Position numbers and translations under genes: made by a program. This document shows positions 10,665-21,903 of a stretch of 64,000 bases of DNA, one piece after another. Position 1 is the stretch's first letter; every line of letters begins with the position of its first letter. Origin of the DNA: a virus; IMG/VR virus record IMGVR_UViG_3300025005_000002, positions 1-64,000 of that record. The stretch is one strand, 5' to 3'. The notes under the pieces were generated by a model. It was not told the origin of the DNA, did not search any database, and saw only the letters and a program-made list of their open reading frames with translations.

Positions 10665-11075
10665 ATGCCGTATTTAGGTGATATTATATTTGCGTATCCA
10701 GTTGATTGGGTGGATGCTAAACGTCCAGTTGCTGGGGCAACTTATACGTCTATTAATGGTAGTACTGTTTCACAAAAGATCTTAGATAACACAACCATTG
10801 GAAAGCCAATAACATTAAGTCTGTCATGGATTAACCATACTCAATATGAATTACTATGGGGATACTATAATTCTGTATCTTCTTATACATTACAGATTAT
10901 TAGTGGAGGGGCTACTTATACTGTTGCTTTCCAGGGTGGGACCGATGCTTTTCAATTTACTCCAGTTGTACCTGAGGTACCATATTCTTATAGAAGTTTA
11001 ACCGCGCATACATTAACTGGTTCTTATTATGATGGCACCATTAAACTTATATGCTTAGGTGTAACTGGTGGGTAA
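10665..11075 (+). CDS. Putative distal tail protein
   Basis: Immediately after TMP; small beta protein. Confidence 0.5.
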   Translation: MPYLGDIIFAYPVDWVDAKRPVAGATYTSINGSTVSQKILDNTTIGKPITLSLSWINHTQYELLWGYYNSVSSYTLQIISGGATYTVAFQGGTDAFQFTPVVPEVPYSYRSLTAHTLTGSYYDGTIKLICLGVTGG

Positions 11076-11093
11076 ATATTATAGGAGTTTTAA

Positions 11094-13268
11094 ATGCCAG
11101 GTGTAGTGAATCCAAGATGTATGGTATACATTGATAATGCTGATTATACTTCGTATTTATCTACTATTTCAGTAAATCATGAAGTACAGACTTTGTCGCC
11201 CACATATACTATAATATTCAGTAAAAATTTACCCATTACTGGTGGCGAGGGATTTGGTATTTATATGGGATATGGTAGTACGCTTGTCCCAATGCTTACT
11301 GGTGGGACAATCTCAACATTTAGTAGAACTTTAACGCAGCATGGTGTAGAATTTGTTGTTAATGGTCGTGGGCCATTGTCTAAGTTGTTAGATGAGGCAC
11401 CAGAATTAGATCAGATTTACGTGCCTACGTGGGATAAAGCTGCGTTGAATGATAAGGGTGAATGGGTCAAAACGGCATGTGGGGTATCCAGAACACATCC
11501 AGTTCCATTAGGTATTGATCCAAAACAAGATGTTAGTGAATATGAGATTTTTAGTGCTGATTGGACCGTTCATTCTTTGTTACAAGATATTCTAAAAAAA
11601 TTAGGATTAACGGGAGTATTAAACATACCAGATTTTAAATATAGGGAAGTATTTAAAATACTAAGAACGCAGACATGGTATTCGGCAATTCAACAATTAG
11701 TTAGTGTGTGGGAACCATTAATATTTATGCGTAGTAATATTGTATATATATTAGACACAGATGTAGCATTACCAGAATCGTCTAATATCCAGTATGGTCC
11801 AGATAGTTGTATGGTAACTACAATAAATTATTCTAAGAATGACATAATTAATAGGATTATAATAAAGGGTGGAGTTGATGAGAGTGTAACAGAACCAGAA
11901 AAAAAAGATGTATGGATTCAACCAATTGATTATATGACAGAGATAATCCCAGACGATCTAGGTGTGTGGGCAAACGAGACTGCATCTAGTGAACATCCAA
12001 CCCCAGGGTCTGGTTCTGGTGGATTTACTGGTGATAGGATTAAACACGCATATTTTAAACCTATGTTTGGTGATCCAATATTAGCCTGGACAAAAAAGAT
12101 ACAATATTATAAAGGGAATGCAATTGGATATACAATAGAAAAGAATTATTATAGAGCACAAGGTAATTATGGGTCAGACCAGTCAGTATGTACAAATATA
12201 ATAAAAAAACGGACTCAATCGTGGATTGTCAATGGTTATTACAATAGTGATTTTACTAATACGTGGATATCTGGAAGTCTTTATATAGAAAAGGGATTTT
12301 CTGGTGGTACAATAACTGATGCAGCAGATCCTACAACAACTATTGGCGATGTGCCATCGACGTATATCTCTATTGGTACGGTGGCAACTTTAGAGGGTTC
12401 ATCATATGAAACAGATATTATGAGTGGAGACGTTATTGCTAATCCTACTTATGGTGGGTTTTCCCTTTGGAGGCCAGTAGAATGGATTAAGGTGCGTGAT
12501 ATAGAAGAAATGGCCGATACGGTAACTACTTCATCGTTTTCTTCTTCAGTAAGTAGAGAATTTGGGATATTACCCAAAAATAGTATAACCAGTTCTGCAA
12601 TTGTTGGATTATCTGGGTCTGATACTAGGGCTTATTATTTGATAGGCTCACCAGTTACTGCTTTTAAAGATTTGTTTAATATGCAAAAGCAGGGCATGAG
12701 GTTATCATATAGGATTATAGCTGAACGTGTTGCGCAGGTAGATACAAAATATGATATGGCTATTAAGCAAAATACACTGTATGATTACACTAAAATGACA
12801 AGTGATTATGATTATCCAGTAGTTACCACTGATACTGAGATTATCCCTACAAATCCAGTATTACAATCAAGTAACAAAAAGAAACCACTATATCAATTTG
12901 AAGAGTATTTTGAAGATGAGGACAGTATAGCAAAATATGGGTATAGACCAATAATAACATATTATGACCCATCAATTTTAAATCATAATGATGCACAAAG
13001 GCTAGCCAATAAGGTATTCGCCAAGAGTGGCAGGATAGAGGAAGAAATATCAATACAATCTACAATTGGTAACCCTTTATTATATACTGGTAAATCTATA
13101 ATATTAGAGTCGTCTACATATAAACAGATAAATTTTGTACTGCAGAATTATGAGAATACCACCATACTTGGTGGCGAGTTTATAATTAATGGGATTCGGC
13201 ATAATTTTACTGATGCTGATGGGTTTAAAACTGAACTTTCATTAAGGAAACTGTGGAAATTGTACTGA
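11094..13268 (+). CDS. Putative baseplate hub/tail-associated protein
   Basis: 724 aa after the Dit-like gene; C-terminal SIAKYG...NGIRHNFTDADGFKTELSL resembles gpD/gp27-like hubs. Confidence 0.55.
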   Translation: MPGVVNPRCMVYIDNADYTSYLSTISVNHEVQTLSPTYTIIFSKNLPITGGEGFGIYMGYGSTLVPMLTGGTISTFSRTLTQHGVEFVVNGRGPLSKLLDEAPELDQIYVPTWDKAALNDKGEWVKTACGVSRTHPVPLGIDPKQDVSEYEIFSADWTVHSLLQDILKKLGLTGVLNIPDFKYREVFKILRTQTWYSAIQQLVSVWEPLIFMRSNIVYILDTDVALPESSNIQYGPDSCMVTTINYSKNDIINRIIIKGGVDESVTEPEKKDVWIQPIDYMTEIIPDDLGVWANETASSEHPTPGSGSGGFTGDRIKHAYFKPMFGDPILAWTKKIQYYKGNAIGYTIEKNYYRAQGNYGSDQSVCTNIIKKRTQSWIVNGYYNSDFTNTWISGSLYIEKGFSGGTITDAADPTTTIGDVPSTYISIGTVATLEGSSYETDIMSGDVIANPTYGGFSLWRPVEWIKVRDIEEMADTVTTSSFSSSVSREFGILPKNSITSSAIVGLSGSDTRAYYLIGSPVTAFKDLFNMQKQGMRLSYRIIAERVAQVDTKYDMAIKQNTLYDYTKMTSDYDYPVVTTDTEIIPTNPVLQSSNKKKPLYQFEEYFEDEDSIAKYGYRPIITYYDPSILNHNDAQRLANKVFAKSGRIEEEISIQSTIGNPLLYTGKSIILESSTYKQINFVLQNYENTTILGGEFIINGIRHNFTDADGFKTELSLRKLWKLY

Positions 13269-13305
13269 ATATGAAAAAAGAGACATAAAGAAGGAGGGTA
13301 TAACC

Positions 13306-14400
13306 TTGGCTGGAACTTTGACATTAATCGAGACTGGTGATGGTAACGCTACTACAATTCAAGCAAATTTAAGAAATACAGCCCCTACGCCTGGGGCTAC
13401 CACTGGTGACCGACCGGTTACTGCAATGACCACATTGAATGATGGCCGTGCTGTTGCTGGGATTTATTATATCACATTTACTTCTGTGACCCCAGGTAGT
13501 ACGGCAACATGCAAGGTATCTACCTCTGATTCAAATAATCCATATAAAGACACATCAGGGGTTACAGTCGCACTTAATGATCCACAGTCTGGGTCTGGGG
13601 TTGGTACAAGGTTTGATCAGATAATCGGTGGTGTTGGGCTGTTTTTTAGTAATAGTGCCAATTTTTCTTCGTCATGGACGGCCACTGTTATTGTTGGTGG
13701 ATATTTTGATGCTGGTGGCGCAGAACAACAGGTTACTTCATTTGGTATTTTAACTGCTGGTTCTACATCTTCACAAAAAAAGATTGGGGTTAAGAATATA
13801 GGTGATCAGAATTGTGAGCAATCAATATTAGGCGTTTATCCTGGAGTATATTATAAACATATTAATAATAGCCCAGTATATAAGATAAAGGTTACAAGTA
13901 AAACAGCAACTGCTGGTAAGTATATATTGTCTTGTAGTAATTATAATGGTGGTGTGTCGCCACATACAACAGATGTTTATATCACACAATATGCATATAA
14001 TTCGGCAACTGATGCATATGATACTCTTATACAAGCTAGTACTTTAAAGGCATCGGCTGTAAATTGTGATTCGGTGACTGAATATACTACGATTATTTCT
14101 GGGACAAAGATAACATTAAATAGTAATATATCAGGCGGTACGCAGGTTTCCAATATTTATACAGAATCAGCAACTGGTGTAGAAATAGCACCAGATGTTT
14201 CAGGGTCTCCAGGTACATGGACCAGCTCGAATGATGTTGTATTAACTGAGTCCGGTGGTGGTACATCTGGCCGCATACAGCCTAATAATACATCATATTT
14301 TTGGGTGCGTGTTGCGACTAGTACGAGTGATTCACCAGGAAATCTGCGCAAATTCATATTACGGCCATCAGCCGTTAGTATTGGTGGATTGGCAGAATAA
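13306..14400 (+). CDS. Tail-tip structural protein
   Basis: TTG start with AGGAGG RBS; S/T/G-rich; C-terminal FWVRV motif shared with the next two genes. Confidence 0.55.
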   Translation: MAGTLTLIETGDGNATTIQANLRNTAPTPGATTGDRPVTAMTTLNDGRAVAGIYYITFTSVTPGSTATCKVSTSDSNNPYKDTSGVTVALNDPQSGSGVGTRFDQIIGGVGLFFSNSANFSSSWTATVIVGGYFDAGGAEQQVTSFGILTAGSTSSQKKIGVKNIGDQNCEQSILGVYPGVYYKHINNSPVYKIKVTSKTATAGKYILSCSNYNGGVSPHTTDVYITQYAYNSATDAYDTLIQASTLKASAVNCDSVTEYTTIISGTKITLNSNISGGTQVSNIYTESATGVEIAPDVSGSPGTWTSSNDVVLTESGGGTSGRIQPNNTSYFWVRVATSTSDSPGNLRKFILRPSAVSIGGLAE

Positions 14401-14403
14401 TAA

Positions 14404-16119
14404 ATGGCCTTTGAATGGACAAGTAGATCATGGAATGCTTGCGGAGTAATTTGTGGACTCTCGCGTATTAAAGGTGATGACTTAGATATTAGTCTATGGA
14501 CTGATAAAAGTTATTTAGGGCCACAAGGTATTTATTTTATTAATGATGGATTTCCCATACCTACTACATTAATGTCTACAGAAGGAATATATTTATTAAA
14601 ATCACCAAATGGCCAGATTGGTTGGATAAGATCGTTAATGGATATTGGATTATCTGGATTGCCAGTGGGTAGTTCTATAGTTAATGCAGAATTAACATTA
14701 ACAGTATGTAATGCGAGGATCTCAAACCCAGTAAATATAGATGTGTATAAGGTACTTAGACCCTTTAATAATAGTGCCTCAGCCAGTAATTATAATGCAA
14801 GTAGTACATGGTATGCATCATGTATGGCAGAAGATATGGATTATGATTCAGCAAAGATATCTTCTTTTTCAGTTGGTGTATCTGCTGTTGCTGGTACTAG
14901 AGTTACAGTGGATGTCACTAATACAGTAATTGAAGCGTATGACTCTCCTGAACAAAGGCTTAAAATAATGATGATGGTCCCAGATAATGAAATGCAAGCA
15001 TTTATAGATGATAATTCATATCTTGGATTTTATTCTGGGTATACGGGGTCGTATTATTGGCAGGCTGGCAGCTGGGATCCGCCGCATTATGCAGGCCCCA
15101 ATATTGGGTCAGTACCAGAAGATATGCCAACATTAGATATCCAGTATAATACACCAATGGCATTTATGACTAGTGATGGCGGAAATTTAACATTAAGTTC
15201 ATCTACTATATCAACAGATTCTGGGTATCGTTTGATTGGTTGGTATATTGCTGGCTCTGCTGGTGAAGCACAAAAATATTTTATTCGAAATAATAGTGAA
15301 GGCACTATACAAGATGTTTGTATCTGGTCAGATTTTTCATACACTACCATACCTGAGTTTAGTGGTAGTGGTACTGTATCTATGAGTTATGTTGCAGTTG
15401 ATGATGATGAAGCACCAGGAAACCAGAGGTGGAGAACTAAATGTAGTGTTGGCGGAAATGATTCAATATGGGCAGTGGAACATGATAATGGTTCATATGT
15501 TTCTACTGGTACATCAACATGGGCAGCAGCAAGTCCTACTGGGTTTGTATGTAGTGGCCTAGTTGGAAGCTATATATCGACACCCGGAACGTATGGTTTG
15601 TCGTTTGGCATCACTGGGACTTCAGTACAAATAAATGATACATTTTTATGGACAACACATGAAGACATAAGAATCCCAGATGTACCACTTGATTCTGATT
15701 CTATGGTTAGAGTAGCTATTGATATTTCTGGCTCTCCAGGAACATGGAAAATGTTACAACCAGCAAGAACGCCGATTATTTCTAGTGCGTCAATTGGTGC
15801 TACAGGAGTTACGGTGTTAGACAATTCAATATTTAATATGAACGATAATGTTATAACATTTAATACGCTTACTTTAGATAAAGTATACAATACCATTTCT
15901 AGTATCACTACTGGTGGGTATATTACATTAACTGGTGGGGTACCATGGGATGTAGTGCCAGGATTTTTAGTATACCAAGCACCAATATCAGTTGGTAATT
16001 TAGATCAAGTGTCGTATTTATCAACAAATAATCAACCATTTTGGTTGCGTGTAGACCCACCTAGTGGTATTGATGTTGGTTTGCGTATGGTTCGATTACA
16101 AGCTACTGAGGGGCCATAA
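14404..16119 (+). CDS. Tail-tip protein with DNRLRE/CBM96-like domain (paralog A)
   Basis: SSIVNAELTLTV...IDVYKVLRPF...VTVDVT pattern; colinear with 16119-17831. Confidence 0.55.
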   Translation: MAFEWTSRSWNACGVICGLSRIKGDDLDISLWTDKSYLGPQGIYFINDGFPIPTTLMSTEGIYLLKSPNGQIGWIRSLMDIGLSGLPVGSSIVNAELTLTVCNARISNPVNIDVYKVLRPFNNSASASNYNASSTWYASCMAEDMDYDSAKISSFSVGVSAVAGTRVTVDVTNTVIEAYDSPEQRLKIMMMVPDNEMQAFIDDNSYLGFYSGYTGSYYWQAGSWDPPHYAGPNIGSVPEDMPTLDIQYNTPMAFMTSDGGNLTLSSSTISTDSGYRLIGWYIAGSAGEAQKYFIRNNSEGTIQDVCIWSDFSYTTIPEFSGSGTVSMSYVAVDDDEAPGNQRWRTKCSVGGNDSIWAVEHDNGSYVSTGTSTWAAASPTGFVCSGLVGSYISTPGTYGLSFGITGTSVQINDTFLWTTHEDIRIPDVPLDSDSMVRVAIDISGSPGTWKMLQPARTPIISSASIGATGVTVLDNSIFNMNDNVITFNTLTLDKVYNTISSITTGGYITLTGGVPWDVVPGFLVYQAPISVGNLDQVSYLSTNNQPFWLRVDPPSGIDVGLRMVRLQATEGP

Positions 16120-17831
16120 TGGCTAATAGTTGGACAACAACGACAAATATTACTAGGTCAATAGCTGGCACTAGTCTTGTTAAGGGCGACGCATCAAATA
16201 GTCAAATTTATACGGATACTTCGATATCTAATATCTCAACATATGGTGACCCATATAATTATAATCCATATAGTGTTTCTCATGGTGAAAGCCAGGGGTT
16301 ATTTGTATATCATCCACATGGAGACGCTGGTAAGCCTATTATATTATTGTCATTTGATCTTGCTTCAGTGCCTATTACAGTAGTTCCTTATTCATCAAAG
16401 ATTAGGCTAACTATAGGTGCATGTAATCTGTTGTCTTCTATTGGGCTAGAGATTTATAGAGTTTTAAAACCATTTACATTAAGTGCTAGTGCAGCACAGT
16501 ATACTAGTGGGTATGGTTGGGCAACATATATGCTTGGCTCTGGTGCTGATTATGATACAGTACTGTTAGACTCGGTGCCAGTTATGGAGACCTATGTCTC
16601 TGGTGACATTGTTGAATTAGATGTAACCGATGCCATCAAAGAAATAGTTAGTAGTACTGATAGAGTCGCTAGGTTTATGATTAAGCCAAATGATTCAAGA
16701 TATGCTTCTGCCGTTGCAAATCTTGAGTATATTAGATTTTATAGTGGTAATACAGCTACGGGTAGTTATATTGTCGGATATGACACAGGGGTTGTAACAT
16801 ATCCATATATTGGCAATGGCACTACAGACATACCAACTCTTAGTATTGATGACGTTGGTGCCGTATCGTTTTATCTTGCAGATAGTTTTGGTGCATATTC
16901 AGAAAGTAATACACAGGTTGCGCAAGGTAATGAATATTATGATGCTGGGTTTGTTGTCCCAGGGACTTCTAGTACGGCATGGAAGATGTATGTTAAGAAT
17001 AATTTAGAAGGATATCTATATGATATTAGGATTTGGTGTGATTGGGCCAGGGCTAGTACTGCGGATTTTACTGGTACTGGTACTTGTTCAATGGGGTATA
17101 TTAGTACTATTAATGGAAACCCGGCAGAAGGATCACCAACAACACAAGATTGGAAGATGACTTGTATAAGTGGTGGGGACAATTCTGTGTGGTCTGTGCA
17201 AGGAGATTTAAATTCAAAAGTTTTATATGGTAGTTATACTTGGTATAATATGTCTCCATCTACGTTTCAGTGTGTGGGTGCTAGTGGATATTATTCATCA
17301 ACAGCAAATACACAAGGTATATCATTCTTTTTAACTGATGCTGACCCAGATATTGGAGATTACTGGACATGGACCACATATCAAAACACAGTAGTGCCTG
17401 GTGCTAATATAGATTCAGAAAATTATCTTTGGATTGCTGCAGACGTAGATGGAGAATATGGAGTGTGGGAGCGCATACAACCAGCACATAGTCTTATAAC
17501 GCTGCCAATATCTGCTGGCTCAACAGATGTACCATTAACTAGTGTGGCGAATTTTAATAATTGGGATGATGTGGTTTTAACAAACATGTCAAATGGGCAG
17601 AAGTACATTAATACTATTAGTAGTGTTAATATTTCTGGATCAAGTTTAGTTTTAACTGGGGGGACACTCATTGCATTTATTCCAGGAGACCAAGTACAAA
17701 CGGTACCGTTTAGTATTGGTGATATGGCTTCACTAGAAGTTAAACCATTTTGGCTGTCATTAAATGTGCTTGATGAAGGCGTTGGTACTGGTATGAGGGC
17801 TTTGCGCATTCAAGTCACTGAGGGTATGTGA
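16119..17831 (+). CDS. Tail-tip protein with DNRLRE/CBM96-like domain (paralog B)
   Basis: SKIRLTI...LEIYRVLKPF...VELDVT; colinear with 14404-16119. Confidence 0.55.
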   Translation: MANSWTTTTNITRSIAGTSLVKGDASNSQIYTDTSISNISTYGDPYNYNPYSVSHGESQGLFVYHPHGDAGKPIILLSFDLASVPITVVPYSSKIRLTIGACNLLSSIGLEIYRVLKPFTLSASAAQYTSGYGWATYMLGSGADYDTVLLDSVPVMETYVSGDIVELDVTDAIKEIVSSTDRVARFMIKPNDSRYASAVANLEYIRFYSGNTATGSYIVGYDTGVVTYPYIGNGTTDIPTLSIDDVGAVSFYLADSFGAYSESNTQVAQGNEYYDAGFVVPGTSSTAWKMYVKNNLEGYLYDIRIWCDWARASTADFTGTGTCSMGYISTINGNPAEGSPTTQDWKMTCISGGDNSVWSVQGDLNSKVLYGSYTWYNMSPSTFQCVGASGYYSSTANTQGISFFLTDADPDIGDYWTWTTYQNTVVPGANIDSENYLWIAADVDGEYGVWERIQPAHSLITLPISAGSTDVPLTSVANFNNWDDVVLTNMSNGQKYINTISSVNISGSSLVLTGGTLIAFIPGDQVQTVPFSIGDMASLEVKPFWLSLNVLDEGVGTGMRALRIQVTEGM

Positions 17832-18460
17832 TGGGAGATAAATTTTCCAAAGATAAATTCCCTTGGTATTCTGGTGTATTGGCCGATTTACGTGTTAATA
17901 GTGATGATACACTGATTTTAAAACCAGGAAAGACTGTTGGCACATATACGACAATTGTGTATAATAGTGTAGGTAGTATGGTGTCAGTTTCATGGGACGC
18001 GGATGAAGCTAGTGGAGAAATAAATACAAATGCTGGTGTATCGCCTAAAACTATTGAAATGCGTGTAAGTAATACAGAACCTACGGGCAAGGTGGTAGCA
18101 ATTTCTGGTGCATCATTACAGCCATATTTGACAAATAATATATTTGATACTGGCGATGGGTGGTCAGTAGTCACTAGTGGCATATCAACTGAGAGTACTA
18201 TATCAGCTAGGAGTCTTTTTAGATTAAATGTAGGGGTCCCATTTTCCCGTACACCACCAAATGATCAAGTATACATTAATAGTGGAGGGACCTGGGTAAT
18301 AACTCCAGGGCTTGTTCTAGTATTAATGCAACCGTCTACATTAGCTGCACGGTCTCTTATGAGAATTGGTATTGGTTTAGTTGTGGCCAATAATATAATT
18401 ACGGAAGAGTTGAAAGTATCTAGTGGGACACTTATAATCAATGGAGTATATGTGACATGA
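17828..18460 (+). CDS. Structural protein, hypothetical
   Basis: Coupled ORF in the tail cluster; internal SARSLFR/AARSLMR repeat. Confidence 0.5.
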   Translation: MMGDKFSKDKFPWYSGVLADLRVNSDDTLILKPGKTVGTYTTIVYNSVGSMVSVSWDADEASGEINTNAGVSPKTIEMRVSNTEPTGKVVAISGASLQPYLTNNIFDTGDGWSVVTSGISTESTISARSLFRLNVGVPFSRTPPNDQVYINSGGTWVITPGLVLVLMQPSTLAARSLMRIGIGLVVANNIITEELKVSSGTLIINGVYVT

Positions 18461-19029
18461 TGAATCGAATTATCACAGCAACTTCGAATGTTGAAGTATT
18501 AATAGTTGATGCTAATGATGAATCAAACATTAAGCATCAGTTTAAGGCTAAAAATGCTCTTTGTCAAGCATTTTTAATGTGTATGGTAGCTAGGGGGGCA
18601 TATGTTATACCAAGATATGTTGGGATGGCAACACAAGGAACAGCTTTATATGATACGTTGCCATTAACGGCTCCAACATGGGCAGGGTCATGGTTTCAAA
18701 CATTACAGGCTTCTACATTTGCATATCGTGATCATGCTACTGGGAGTCAGAGTGATACCAATGGTAGTATATCTTTATCATATAGTGCTACTGATAACCC
18801 ACCATGGGTAAAGTCAACCACCAAATTTTTACCTCCATATGGTAATGATTCAGAATGTAGATCGTTAGTTTGGTGGGGTTCTAGTTACGGTGGCCAAGAA
18901 TATAGTTCGACAATGGCAGTTTATGTTTTAGACCCAGTGCAATATTTTACAAAGACTGCGAATGATATTGTGTATATTTATTGGACTATTAATCTTGGGT
19001 GCTCTGGGAGAACAGCAAATGCATTTTAA
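18457..19029 (+). CDS. Tail-tip protein (paralog of 20200-20775)
   Basis: C-terminal TKTANDIVYIYW vs YKGSTDSLTIVW. Confidence 0.5.
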   Translation: MMNRIITATSNVEVLIVDANDESNIKHQFKAKNALCQAFLMCMVARGAYVIPRYVGMATQGTALYDTLPLTAPTWAGSWFQTLQASTFAYRDHATGSQSDTNGSISLSYSATDNPPWVKSTTKFLPPYGNDSECRSLVWWGSSYGGQEYSSTMAVYVLDPVQYFTKTANDIVYIYWTINLGCSGRTANAF

Positions 19030-20203
19030 TAATATTGTTGAAATAACACAAGTTTTTGATGACCCGAATAAAGAAACAATCAGTGTTCGTGTGCCAAATA
19101 ATATGTGGACTGATACAATGATTCAATGGATACTTAAATATCCTGGATTTGTATTTGATAGTACTGGTAGCAATGGTGTTGATACTGAATTACCATATTA
19201 CATTTCAGTTAGTGATTACGATGTTCAACATACTCAATCAGCTTCATCAGTACTTGGGACAAAATTTACAAATAGTACGTCATCTATTGCGGCATATGGC
19301 CCTGGTTCTACTCAGACTACCACATTTATATCGTTGAAATCATCGGATAACATGATTACTGGTGGGTATCCTTGTGTTATGTCAATGGGTTGTAAGGATC
19401 TAACTAGTTATAGGAATACATGGGTGGAGGGATTTTCATTTAAATGGGATAACGAAGTATTTTATGTTGGGAGAACTTATAGTGTAAATTCGTATGTAAA
19501 TGCCACTGTTTCTTCTGGGAGTTCTAGTGTTGATCTTTATAGTGCGGCTGGGTTTAGAAAAGGGCAGATTATAACATTGTATAAATCGGATGGTTTTAGT
19601 TCACATCTAATCACAAATATTTCAAGTAATACCATAACAATTGATGGAGTTACTAATGCGACCTATAATAAGGGGTCTTCTGCATATGTAGATTGTGCGT
19701 TAACTTATGTATGTAAATCAACACTAGCAAGTACTGCAATCAGTGGCACTACCAGCATTAGTATTAGTGATACTACTGATTTTGTTGATAATCAATGGGC
19801 AATGATAGATGATGGTACTAATTGGCAAGGTATATATATTAGTACAGTCACTCCAAGTGGAGTATCTGGTACTTTAACAATTACTGGGGGCGGGTTGACT
19901 AATGAGTATACCACAGAAAATAGTGTGGTATATGGTGGGTTTAAAGATAGTCATCTTCAAACTACTAATATATATGCTAGAGATTTTTATGCATGGAGAA
20001 ATATATCATATTCATTTACATCTGGCGAGGCTAATTCATTTGGTACTAATCCAATTAGAACTATAGCGATTACAAGTGCTGGCACTTCGGCTCCATTAGT
20101 AGCAATATTATTACCATATGGTATATACAAAGATGCTGGGACATATTCATCTACATTGTACGTTGGATATAGGTATATGATGGTTGCGAGGTATTTATCA
20201 TGA
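19019..20203 (+). CDS. Tail-tip protein (paralog of 20785-21903); start moved to ATG 19019
   Basis: Shared KWDNEVFYV, FGTNPIRTIA and IYKD motifs; the ATG overlaps the end of the upstream gene. Confidence 0.55.
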   Translation: MHFNNIVEITQVFDDPNKETISVRVPNNMWTDTMIQWILKYPGFVFDSTGSNGVDTELPYYISVSDYDVQHTQSASSVLGTKFTNSTSSIAAYGPGSTQTTTFISLKSSDNMITGGYPCVMSMGCKDLTSYRNTWVEGFSFKWDNEVFYVGRTYSVNSYVNATVSSGSSSVDLYSAAGFRKGQIITLYKSDGFSSHLITNISSNTITIDGVTNATYNKGSSAYVDCALTYVCKSTLASTAISGTTSISISDTTDFVDNQWAMIDDGTNWQGIYISTVTPSGVSGTLTITGGGLTNEYTTENSVVYGGFKDSHLQTTNIYARDFYAWRNISYSFTSGEANSFGTNPIRTIAITSAGTSAPLVAILLPYGIYKDAGTYSSTLYVGYRYMMVARYLS

Positions 20204-20775
20204 AAAAAATATTGGAAAATTTAGGTGGTAACGTTCACATAACACTATATGATCAAAATGGTAATGTTAAACAAGACTTTACAAAAAAGAATACAGTGAC
20301 TGCCCATCAGATAGTGGCTTTGTTGGGTGGGGGGGTTTATTCAGCATTTGTCCCTAACCATGGTAATTATTCTGCATTACCATGGCCTACTGTAATTTAT
20401 TTTTGTAGTTATGATGGTACTACTGTAATTGATAATAATAATATAGTCGCATATGGGCAAGAATGTGGGATAGACGCAATATGGGCTACAAGATGGTATA
20501 CACAAGACACTGGGCGTTCAGTTAGTACTAATAATAATCCAGCAGAGGGATATCCGTATTTATCAATACAACATATTGTACCAATTGGAAGTGGGACTGG
20601 TACAATTAAATCATTTATAATTGGTCGTACCAGTGCATATTTTGCGGGAGCGACTATGAGTGCCTTTTTATTATTATCTCCTGATCAATATGTTTATAAG
20701 GGTAGTACTGATTCATTAACTATAGTTTGGTCATTCGTGGTATCTGGGGATTTTAAAACTAGGAAGCAATTTTAG
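20200..20775 (+). CDS. Tail-tip protein (paralog of 18457-19029)
   Basis: N-terminal VHITLYDQNG...N motif and shared C-terminal motif. Confidence 0.5.
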   Translation: MKKILENLGGNVHITLYDQNGNVKQDFTKKNTVTAHQIVALLGGGVYSAFVPNHGNYSALPWPTVIYFCSYDGTTVIDNNNIVAYGQECGIDAIWATRWYTQDTGRSVSTNNNPAEGYPYLSIQHIVPIGSGTGTIKSFIIGRTSAYFAGATMSAFLLLSPDQYVYKGSTDSLTIVWSFVVSGDFKTRKQF

Positions 20776-20784
20776 GAGATATAA

Positions 20785-21903
20785 ATGGGCGTACTTAAAA
20801 TTACTGGGTATGATGAATTAGGTAATACGATTTATAGTCATACACAGGAAAACAAATGGACAACTGCAATACTTGATAAGATTTTCGCTTGTATACAGGA
20901 TCCTCCCGATGGGGCTATATGGCCCATAAGCCTATATCTAAGTAGTTACCCTACGGAGGTTGCATATACACAAACCTCTACATCATTATTTTCTTCAGAA
21001 CAAAATTATTCAGTAGCAGCTTCTTCTAGTAGTCCTGGAAATCTTGTTGGGGGCAGTGATAAAAGTACTTATAGTTCAACAATAATGAATAGTCAAACAT
21101 ATCCTAATGTATTACTTAGTTACAACGCATCGAGGAGTTATGTAGCAGGACTGCGATATCAATGGGATAATGAAGTGTTTTATGTTGATAATTCTTGTAA
21201 TGTGTTTACAACATTATCAGTTGCAGCAACAGCTGGTGATACGGCAATAACAATTAGTGACCCCAATTCTCTTTATAAAGGAGCGTATGTAAGTCTCTAT
21301 GATTTTACAAATTCAGAGACACAGCAGATTGCTGATATATCAGGTAACATAATTACATTTACTACAGCTTTAACATATTCATATAATAAATTGGGCAGTG
21401 TATGTGGTAGCAGTGTAATTTATCATACTGATATTACAACTTTAAGTTCGGCAGTTTCTGCTGGTACAAATATTTTGTCTGTGTCTGATACATCGGAATT
21501 TGATATAGGAGAAACTATTAGTTTATATAATAGTAGTACAAATTTGATGGAAAGATCGGTTATTGGCAGTATAGAGACTAATCAATTTACACTTACAGGT
21601 GGGGTATCGGTTGATTGGGCACAGGGGAGCTCAATATTAGGAACATGGAGAGAAGAACATTCTGCTTTGGCGTATACTATTTCACAACCATTATATGGTG
21701 CATATGATTATTGGTATTGGTCAATTGATGATATTAGTGCTACCAATTTTGGATCTTCACCAATTAGAACTATAGCATTAGTTAATGGGACTACTATATA
21801 TGCTACTATATTACTTGATGCAGCTGATGCGATATATAAGGATAGTGTGAGCAATATTAAGGTATTAAGGCTGGAATATTATTTATTTTTAATGGTTGGG
21901 TAA
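20785..21903 (+). CDS. Tail-tip protein (paralog of 19019-20203)
   Basis: QWDNEVFYV, FGSSPIRTIA; two TTLSxAxxAG repeats. Confidence 0.55.
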   Translation: MGVLKITGYDELGNTIYSHTQENKWTTAILDKIFACIQDPPDGAIWPISLYLSSYPTEVAYTQTSTSLFSSEQNYSVAASSSSPGNLVGGSDKSTYSSTIMNSQTYPNVLLSYNASRSYVAGLRYQWDNEVFYVDNSCNVFTTLSVAATAGDTAITISDPNSLYKGAYVSLYDFTNSETQQIADISGNIITFTTALTYSYNKLGSVCGSSVIYHTDITTLSSAVSAGTNILSVSDTSEFDIGETISLYNSSTNLMERSVIGSIETNQFTLTGGVSVDWAQGSSILGTWREEHSALAYTISQPLYGAYDYWYWSIDDISATNFGSSPIRTIALVNGTTIYATILLDAADAIYKDSVSNIKVLRLEYYLFLMVG

